Position numbers and translations under genes: made by a program | Notes under the pieces: generated by a model | What the model saw: only the letters and a program-made list of their open reading frames with translations | What the model was told of the DNA's origin: nothing | Databases searched by the model: none | In this document: positions 55,331-64,000 of the stretch, piece by piece | Layout of the letters: every line of letters starts with the position of its first letter | Position numbering within the stretch: the stretch's first letter is position 1 | Source: Callorhinchus milii | Lineage: Eukaryota | Direction: 5' to 3' | Assembly (NCBI RefSeq): GCF_018977255.1 | Contig: NW_024704742.1 | Coordinates: forward strand, 110,672,001-110,736,000 | Length of the DNA: 64,000 nt

Positions 55331-56518
55331 ATGAGACAAGGGGAGTTTACCTACGATAAAGCAACCAATAGTGGTGCCGTGGGGTTGATCAGCGAAGTCA
55401 TTGATCTGCTGGTCATATTGCCAACACTCATTGTGGAGAACCTCCAAATCACTGTGCTCAGGAACTCAGTCTTGGACGAACGGTTAATTAAGGTTTTAAC
55501 ATTTTGGATTTCAGGTGGTCTGGGCCACCAAGATCTTATGAAGTTCATGTATCTTATAATTTACATATCCAAACATCACCTTCATTCACTATAGTGTAAG
55601 TGAGAGAATTTAATACAGCGTCTAAATGCAAGGTGTACTTCAGCTGCTACAACCAATATGTATTCACTGAGCCACCAGAAGGAATAGCTAGCTGAAATGG
55701 TATTAAATGATGAGAAAGATGCAATAACATCCAATACGTTGAAGCATGTCAAAACTGTCCTTCCTGCGTTTTGCAAGAATGCACACAGAGGCTTGTAACT
55801 CCAGGTAGACTACATCTTCTGGCTTTTGTTTTACATTGGTAAAGCACCTCCTTCCATGAAATGCATTAAACCTGATTGACACTAAAGGTATCAGATATTT
55901 TCTCCTCAATAACAGAAGAGAAAGCTTGATCAGCTATCCTAAAGCCTTTGCTTTACTCTAACATGATAGGATATCTTAAAGTCAAAGCAAGCATCCTCAA
56001 TCTCCTATTCACACGTGTGGACACATTGCTATTGAAAAGATAAAGATATTGGTTTACGTCTGTATTCTGTCAGGATATCACTGTCTTTAGCACTCAGGAT
56101 TTTTATGGCACTTTTTCAGAACTGGTTTGAGACTGTGGCAGCAAAAAAAGGCACATGAAAAAGCTTGTCCATGCCAACTAACTTTGCTATCCTAGCTCTT
56201 CCTGGATACATGTTTCCTCAAGCAATAAATACTATTTGACTCTGTATATTCTATTCTTTCCTTTGCTCCACATCAGTATTTCTTCTCTTGGATCTGTTGA
56301 ACTCGTACCATGTCCTTTTCACTTTGTTATTTAGGAACTTAGTGGAACGGGGCACTCATCTCTGTTCTTCCGTTTCACTGAACCAAGCCTGGAAATCATT
56401 GCAACAAGTAAGTATTTTGGTACTGACACCCATATTCATCTGGTAATTACGTTTGACCACTGAAGTTTGCTTCGGCAATCTTCTAATCAAATGGAAAATA
56501 AAATTCCTAGTTACTTAC

Positions 56519-56561
56519 TGTCCATTGGTTCCATTGCCCCAACTGAAAATTCTGTTTTTAT
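56519..56561 (-). CDS. 43-nt coding exon of the same RCC1-repeat gene
   Basis: Strong acceptor (tttgtttctctctgcag|) and donor (CA|gtaagt). Encodes (D)KNRIFSWGNGTNG(Q). Its final CA joins the first G of the 48277 exon to rebuild the canonical FSWG.G..GQLG motif. Confidence 0.88.
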
Positions 56562-57169
56562 CTGCAGAGAGAAACAAAAAATCAAGTGAATGGTCTTAAC
56601 ACAAGGAGCTAACATTTGCGTGTTCACCAAACGAAAGTAAAAATCAAAATGTGAACAGACAGAGGTAGAATGTCAGGAGATCACATCAACGAATGAAAGG
56701 TCTATATTGTGCCACTTTTGCCAGTCCTACTAATCTGAAACTGGAGTTAAAACCTTCAGCGAAAAGGTACAAAAAGGCACATTTAATTTGTTTAGGCCTT
56801 GTTAAAGGTTATTAAGGATGCGCTCTTGTAACATTGAGCAGCTGAGAAATCACATCACATTCAAAACTGAATATTTAACTCCAGGCCGGGCTTGGCATTA
56901 GTGATCATAAACAAAGGGGAAAATGTCAAAGGATCACATAGCAATGAAGTAAGTGAATTGTAGAGATGTTTGATGCCCTAGAGAACGGAAATAGCACCAT
57001 TCGATAAATACATCACAATAGAGCAGAAAGAGGAAAGGGCTTCCTGGAAGCAAAGAGGACAGAGAATGTGCATAACTTACAGTAACCATCTTTACTGAAT
57101 CTAGCAACGGGTCTACAGCAAAAGCATATCCAACTTAGACACAATGAAGAAGTGTACGAAAAAGCTCAG

Positions 57170-57360
57170 GAGTTTAACAGAGGGGAAAGATGCAAAAAGC
57201 ATCATCCTATTTAAGAGGAAACTTGGTAAGGGAGAATGGAATGGATGGGTGCAGGAGAAGGGAATAGGAAGGGTGGAGGCTTGTGTGGAGTATAAACATT
57301 GGCATGGACTAGTTGGGTTAAATAGCCTGTTTTGGTGCTGTTACATACTATGTAATTCTA
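57170..57360 (+). mobile_element. CR1 3' fragment
   Basis: Similar to 42300-42490. Confidence 0.7.
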
Positions 57361-60276
57361 GAGACATCAAGAAGTCGTGAAAAACGCTATATCAAATGGA
57401 AGGATTATTATTATTATTATTATTAAATCTGGCCTTTTTTCCCCCATATTTTTATATTTCATGAACAATAGTTGGGGATCCCATAACCAGATGACACAAG
57501 TATAAGATAATGACAATATAATAATAATAATATTAATCCTTGCATTTGATATAGTGCCTTACCACATCATCAAGACATCTCAAGGATTTTACTTTGAAGT
57601 GTAGTGTCTGTGCATTTGTAGGTGAATGTAGCAGACAATTTTTGTACAGCAAAGACCCACAAACAGCCTTGAAGCGAGTGAACATTTATTTTTATTTGTT
57701 GGCCAGGACATGATAGAAATGAACAAATATTGCACTTGTATCTAAATTTGTAAAGAGTCATTTTAAAGTTCTTTGAGGCTTTCTCCAATGTGAAAGATGC
57801 TATAAAATCGCAAATTACTGCGTTCTTTTTTGGTAGGTATGTTTAAACGTTAATGGATATATGGACATAATGGCAATAAACATGTATGTACAGGAGTTAG
57901 TGGATAGTTTGGGATAGTTCTTTAATTCTCACTATGAGATCAACCAGTTAATGTGGTTTAAATTTCTCAGTCCATTTGCTGATCTGAGTTTACACTGCAA
58001 TCTAAATAATCAATCAACACAATGAAAGTGGATCCAGCATTGGGAATTTCCCATTGAAGGCCACACAACCAAGGCTGGTAAATGAACCACCCAGCAGTAG
58101 ATAAACTCTCTCAGCAATGGTGGTAACTTTATTGGCAAATATGCTTAAGCCCTCTGTCAGTATTGTAGGTCAAGAATATGTGGCTGAATTTCCTACTGAT
58201 TCTAACAATCTTTGGAGGTGTACTCAAATCTGCTGGTTGAGTGGGGTTGAATCTAAAGGCAAGAACAACTTGCATTTGTATAGCGCCCTTCACACAGTGT
58301 CTTGGAACACTTAGCAGTGGCGGAATGTGACGCCGAGCCAGGGAGAGAGGGGAAATGATTGTAGAAACAATTGAAGAGGAAGGTCTTCAGGCGTGATCTG
58401 AAGATGGATGGGAGGTGGGGGCATGGCAGAGATTGAGGAAAGATTTCGGGAAGACTCTTCTGGGTTCAAACCTGGTCGGTTTTCTATTGAAATCCAGCCA
58501 TGTCTCCTTCTGTTGCTGACAGTTTTCTGATGATATTCACATGCTACAGTCCTACTGTTAAAGTGATTCTTCCTTTTATACCTTTATCTTTCCAAAGCAT
58601 ACTGTAATCCTTGTCCAAGAGCCATGCCACTTGATGACAAGCATCCACCAGTGCCCCTTTGTAGCTCAGCTAGGCAGTACATAGCAATTCCTTGTCACAA
58701 AGCACGATGTTCTGACAATCTGGCAGAATTTAGAACAAAATCCCATGTGGGAATCTGTAACTCTGTGGCACAGGAGATCAATAGGCCAGTGTACAACAAC
58801 CAGGTCTCATTTAACAATATCAACCGTAATTGCTCAATGCACAATTTGTGCAAAGTCTAGTGAGATGGGATGAACATCTTGCAATATTCCCTTGGCCAGT
58901 CTGCAAGCTGTAGGTGGACATTTTATTAGTAATAAATATTCTGATATTCAGAAGCACTCATCATTTAATATCATTTGCAATTACACATTGCACACTGTCA
59001 GCAACTGTAATCCAGGGCATGACGCCAATTCAAATCTGCTCCGCAGAACCCATTCTGCATTAAACATAAGCACAAATGTGCATTACATTAACTGTTTGGA
59101 CAGGTGTGAAATGGGGAGGGGAAATATGTGCATAAGTTCCTGGCATTATTTCTTTTAAATAAGATTGCTTTGAACTATTGATAAGATTGAACTGGTTCTT
59201 GCGATTTTCTCATTCGCTTTATTCAATGGAGGCTGTTCTCTGTCTCTTCAATGCTTCTTAAGGTCTTGAAAATAAATTAAATGTGGTAATTTAAATATAA
59301 AATTTAAATGTAGTAATTTAAATATAAAATTTACACCCAAGTCTCAAAACGTAACACTGAACAAATGAGAGTTTTCTTAATGACTCAGCAAGTTCCCGCC
59401 AATGAGTTGCTGAGCTACATAGATCGATAAAGTCCTCGATTGTGCTGAGTTGCTTGATCTCAGCCCCCTCCCTCTGATGTAGGGAGGTGAAAATCAGCCA
59501 GAGCTCCTGTTCATGATTGTTCTCCACCAGGTAAGTCCCACTGGAGGCTTGATTTCCTGATCTTGGATAGGTTTGAACCCTAATTTTCGCCCACAAAATA
59601 TATAGTCAATTACTTTACAGTATATTCTGTGAAGCACTTTGAGACATCTCAACAACATTATAAGGGGCTATATCGAATACAGTAATTATTATTACTATCA
59701 GGATTTTTATAATGTCGCCAGGTGAAATGTAATGCTGACATTCTATCCCACATTAATAATGGTCATTTGGGCAATGGGTACATTTAAGTGCTCTGAGGTG
59801 CTACCTCTTTGATGGCTGCTTTATAAATGCAAGTTGCTGTTGTTATTGTTGGCAACATAGAACCGTACTCCAACAAAGGAAGAAACAGTGAAAAAGCTTT
59901 CAAGAGAGGAAGGGATGGAGGAAATCTAGCACGGAGAAAAAGGTCAACAGATTGATATTTAAACCCATTTCACAATTTGTGACAAATTGTTGATAAAATG
60001 AGGCAAAGCCATTCTTTATTGTGATCCAAAAGTCCTCGGTATTTGCGGGAAATATAATTTTGCGTGCTTTGTGCATTTTGATTTCTGTGAAATTAAACTG
60101 ACTTTTATTTATGTTGCTAGCTGCATCTCGTAAATTGAGCTCAGCAAATGCTTTCTGGAAATTCATTGTCCACAAAAGCATTTGTAATATTTGTGGCCTT
60201 TTTCTTGATGTTACATTATAATTTTAATACAATGTGCTATGATATCCTCCTATATTATTTAGTGAAAATGTATTAT

Positions 60277-60680
60277 GCATGGCTCAGTTAGTGCCACTCT
60301 CGCCTCTGAGTCAGACAGCTGTGGGTTCAAGCACCAAGCCAAGACTTGAGATCACTGTCTAAGATGACACATCAACATAGTACTGGGGGAGCGGTGAAGA
60401 AAGGTGGAAACTGATGTCCCGCCTGCCTATTCAGGTGGATGTTAAAGGTAACATTGCACCATTCAAAAAGAGAAGGGGAGTGTTTTTCAATGTCCTGGTC
60501 AACAAACCTCCATCATTTGTTTTATGGCTGTTTGTGGCACACTACTGTGTGCAATTGGGCTGCCGCATTCACCTTCAAATACAGTCACTGCACTTCACAA
60601 TCAATCCTGTGAAACACTTTGAATCCTCCAGATGTGAAAGGCCCTATACTAAATGCAAAGATTATTATCATTATTATGGT
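60277..60680 (+). mobile_element. Deu-domain SINE, near full length
   Basis: Head gcatggctcagttagtgccactctcgcctctgagtcag...gggttcaag, core ttcaggtggatgttaaag, tail aaatgcaaagattattatc. Confidence 0.75.
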
Positions 60681-61092
60681 TATAATTATGTAGGCATTCC
60701 TGAAGAACACAATGGAGCTTTGAGGATATCTACCATAAGATATCAAACCAAGTCCTCTGACTTCCTCCCCTTGTTCAAGGCCCATCTCAAAACATTCTTC
60801 TCTGATGATGTTTTCGATCATCCTTTTGCTCCCAACTCTCCTCAACTCCTACCATAAGTTTGAATGACCAGCCAGCAGTGCCAAACGCTTTGAGATGTCC
60901 TCCCCACGTGAAAAGGCATTACTGTATATAAATGCAAACTGTAGTGTATTTGCATCCATGCACACTGGTGCAAAACATAATATGAACAAAATAAACGTGA
61001 AATGTGATCCACATTTGCAACAAACAAAACTTTTGGTACTTAACGTTGTGTCATGAGTAGACATGAGTAGACAATTGGTTCATTTAGCTTAC

Positions 61093-61096
61093 CCAT
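61093..61096 (-). CDS. Probable initiator ATG+G at the 3' end of an upstream exon (about 61093-61199) of the RCC1-repeat gene
   Basis: The minus strand reads GGGGG-ATG-G|gtaagc: strong Kozak context and a phase-1 donor. G plus the AT of the next exon gives Asp, so the protein would begin MDKNRIFSWG. A candidate acceptor atcctgcag| lies at 61199. Alternatively this is an internal coding exon reading DSELLDNEIDVLKERGM. Confidence 0.5.
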
Positions 61097-62147
61097 CCCC
61101 CTTTCCTTCAAAACATCAATCTCATTATCTAATAACTCTGAATCCTGTCAATTTCCTGGAACTTGTTTCTTTTTTCAAACCCTTGAAAAACAATATGTTC
61201 TGCAGGATAACACCTACACAGCATGGTTTATTTGTTCAAAAATAAATTATGCTATCAATTGAGAGATTTGTTTTGAATCCAGATATACATTCAAATCATT
61301 GTTAAAGGTTCCTTTGGAGAATGAGTTCCACTGGATTTGGCCCAGTGATCTGAGAAAGGCAAGATTCGTACCCTGGATAAACTGTCCTTCTCAATGAAGA
61401 TAAACTGTCCTATTCAAATGTCAGCCAAGAAGCAACACTGACTGGTAAGTCGGGTAAGAGAAATGACAGAAAGAACCATTCTCTCACTGGACAACTTACA
61501 AGTCAGTAAAACCACTCTTCATTTTCTATTGTCATCCACATAAGCAAAGCTGCTCATGCTGTTACACTGTGAATAGACACCAACCACAATATCATGTCTG
61601 ACAAGTCAGCTTTGCAGGAAAAATCTAATTTCCATTAGGTTGAAGCTTGTGCTGTGGGTAAACCTATTTCAGTTTCCTGACTGCGCACCTTAGCACCTAC
61701 AGTAATTTACATTTCAATGTACATTCTGAGAGTCAAACATCACATCCCACTGAAATAGTCTTTGAGGCACTTGAAATACCCGAAGATGCTTTTGCTGATT
61801 GAAACGCTTGCATGCACTGGTGTGCATTTAGAATTTTCTATTCAAGGCATCATCCTTTACTATTTGTACATACATCTGATACTGGATAATGCACGGATTT
61901 CCATACTCAAGGTTTTAAAACAATTCTAAAAACAGTTGTCATAAACCACGTTCAACCCCTTAGTTGCCGAATCCACTGGACATTTCAATGTCTTAATACA
62001 GTATTTGTCAAAAGTTTTTTAAAAATAAATGTATCTAAAACTAGACAAGTAATTCATTTACACTTATCTCTCTGTTATTTTTTACTGTATAATACTAGAG
62101 CTTTATGTATGAGAAATTCAAAAAGCAATTGTGTAATTTGCATGAAA

Positions 62148-62385
62148 CAACAACAACAACAACTTGGATTTATATAGCCCCCTCCACCCGGATGGCGTCT
62201 CAGAGTAACGGATCTGCTTCACAGTAACGGATCGCGGGGCCGAGCCAGGGGGAGGGGGAGGAAGGTGACCAAAGGCGCGGTCGAAAAGAAAGGTGTTCAG
62301 CTGAGACCTGAAAATAAGAAGAAAGGGGGCGAGGCGAAGGGAGTGAGGAAGAGAGTTCCAGAGCCGGAAGGGAGTTCCAGAGCCA
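62148..62385 (-). mobile_element. L2 LINE extreme 3' end with (TTG)n
   Basis: LWNSLPHSLRLAP...FRSQLNTFLFDRAF, then ...ctatataaatccaagttgttgttg. Confidence 0.88.
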
Positions 62386-62388
62386 TGA

Positions 62389-62710
62389 AATAATCCTTGA
62401 ATAATCCTTGAATTTGATATAGCGCTTTTCACGTCGGGAGGACATCCCAAAGCGCTTCACAGAATACACTGTAAAGTGAATTGACTGTATATTTGTGGGA
62501 GAAAGCGGCAGCCAATTGCGCACAGCAATGTCCCACAAACAGTCGTAGATTGAAAATGACCAATTTATTATTGTTTTTGGTTTTTGGAGGGATTATTATT
62601 ATTAGGCGTGTGGAATAAGGAAACTTGCCCAAGGTTTCGCCCTGCCTGGAATTGAACTCAGGTCTCTCGCTTGCAAAGCGAGTGCTCTAACCACTGAGCT
62701 ACAGGACTCC
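62389..62710 (-). mobile_element. Young tRNA-Ala-derived SINE with L2-type tail, full length (short-body variant)
   Basis: The head GTCCTGTAGCTCAGTGGTTAGAGCACTCGCTTTGCAAGCGAGAGACCTGAGTTCAATTCCAGGCAGGGC has A and B boxes. The tail reads gggatgtcctcccgacgtgaaaagcgctatatcaaat. Nearly identical to 35796-36114. Confidence 0.92.
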
Positions 62711-63429
62711 ACATGTTATCAGACTACTAGCACAAGCAAGCACTTGCACATTATCACACCCCTTATTCACCACCAATAAGATACTATTTGCCAAAGAATT
62801 AAGACTATAGTCTTCATCTAAAAAATGTTGGACTGAAAACTGTCAATTTTTAACCCCAAACGTTTAGTTTTCCTCATCTACATAAAGGTATGGGTTAAGT
62901 GCTCCAACTGTGAAGGAGGCTATATAAATGCAATCGTTTTCTTGTTAATGTTCAGTCAAATCTTCGTTTGTCAGGCAAATAGTTTGACACATTATTTCCA
63001 TCAATATAGTGATAGATGGATACAAATCTCTCACATTAAGAATAGTGCATGGTGCTGTTTTAGCATTTGGCGCATTTGAAAATGCAGTGAAATATACTAC
63101 TTCTCTGCAAGAGTTATGTAAAATGAATTAGAAAGATGACAAACTGGAATAGGTTACTTCTACAATTCACTAAGCAAGCTACTGTGATATTAATATTTTT
63201 TCTGAGTATGGAAAATGCTCATTCATTTTCATCAATACACAATAATCAACACAAAATCCATGTATGACTCAAGACTCTTATCCAACTAACCTTTCAGATG
63301 ACGTCAAACATAAGAGCTTTGAAACAACAACCAAAATTCAAAATCCAGTCTTGAACTAGCTTTAAAATATTATTCATTTTTTTACTGTATATATTTTCAT
63401 TTACTGTCTGGGTCTTTGCTCCGAGCTAT

Positions 63430-64000
63430 GTTTTAACCTCCCATTCCTCTCCAAGGTCCTGAAACGAGTCGTCGCATCCCAGCTCCACTCCTTTTTCTCT
63501 CACCAACCCCTCTTTGAACCTCTCCAATCCGGCTTCCGTGCTGCCCACAGCACAGAAACAGCCGTGGCCAAAGTCATTAATGAAATTCTGAACATCTGTG
63601 ATCAGGGCTCCCTCTGCCTCCTTGTCCTCCTCGGCCTCTCTGCCGCCTTGACACTGTCGACCACTCCATCCTCATACACCGCCTCTCCTCCTTACTTAAT
63701 CTTCACGGACCTGCTCTTGCCTGGTTCGATTCCTATCTCTCTTACCGTCTTCACTTTGTTCCGTCTAACGGTTTCTCCTCCAGCCCCCACACTGTCACGT
63801 CCCACAGGGCTCTGTCCTTGGCCCTCTCCTCTTTAATATCTACATGCTCCCCCTCGGTGACATCATCCGCAGACATGGAGTCAACTTCCATATGTATGCG
63901 GATGACACCCAACTCTATCTTTCTGCCTCCACCCTCAACTCCAGGACCACTGCTGTCCTGACAAACTGCCTGTCGGACATCAAGTCCTGGATGAGGACAA
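63430..64000 (+). mobile_element. L2 LINE RT fragment running off the window
   Basis: QSGFRAAHSTETAV and an intact [11 protein letters not shown] catalytic motif near 63890-63918. Confidence 0.92.

Noticed and set aside
55151..55594. 147-aa plus-strand ORF and other plus-strand ORFs over L2 elements (7933, 24451, 33128, 47220, 52230)
   Set aside because: These are largely antisense frames of LINE sequence.
59286..59332. Short direct repeat gtaatttaaatataaaattta x2
   Set aside because: A simple AT-rich slippage duplication with no spacer array, so not CRISPR-like.
62639..62707. Apparent tRNA-Ala(TGC) gene (also at about 36045-36114)
   Set aside because: It continues directly into a SINE body and tail, has no nearby Pol III terminator, and is multicopy with decay, so it is a SINE head.

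Overview
Vertebrate, intron-like DNA that is AT-rich and dense in retrotransposons. The repeat complement (L2 and CR1 LINEs, Deu-domain SINEs, a young tRNA-Ala-headed SINE with an L2-type tail, an RTE relic) points to a cartilaginous fish, possibly a chimaera; this is an inference. The only well-supported protein-coding content is a minus-strand RCC1-repeat gene. Its exons 56519-56561 and 48058-48277 splice in phase, and a probable ATG-bearing exon ends at 61093, giving MDKNRIFSWGNGTNGQLGCGEK...IAGVACGSRHSFIWTKSGHCYSFGNNFYTQLG. I found no further RCC1 exons in the 48 kb downstream. Most ORFs in the supplied track are LINE fragments, their antisense frames, or chance. The most puzzling unexplained element is a diverged ~450-bp local duplication (about 17535-17990 and 19819-20270) with a well-conserved exon-like core. 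A four-copy unassigned repeat whose longest copy carries a decayed zinc-knuckle ORF is also notable. I cannot support any prokaryotic-type system such as CRISPR or an operon. Repeat boundaries were read by eye and are approximate.
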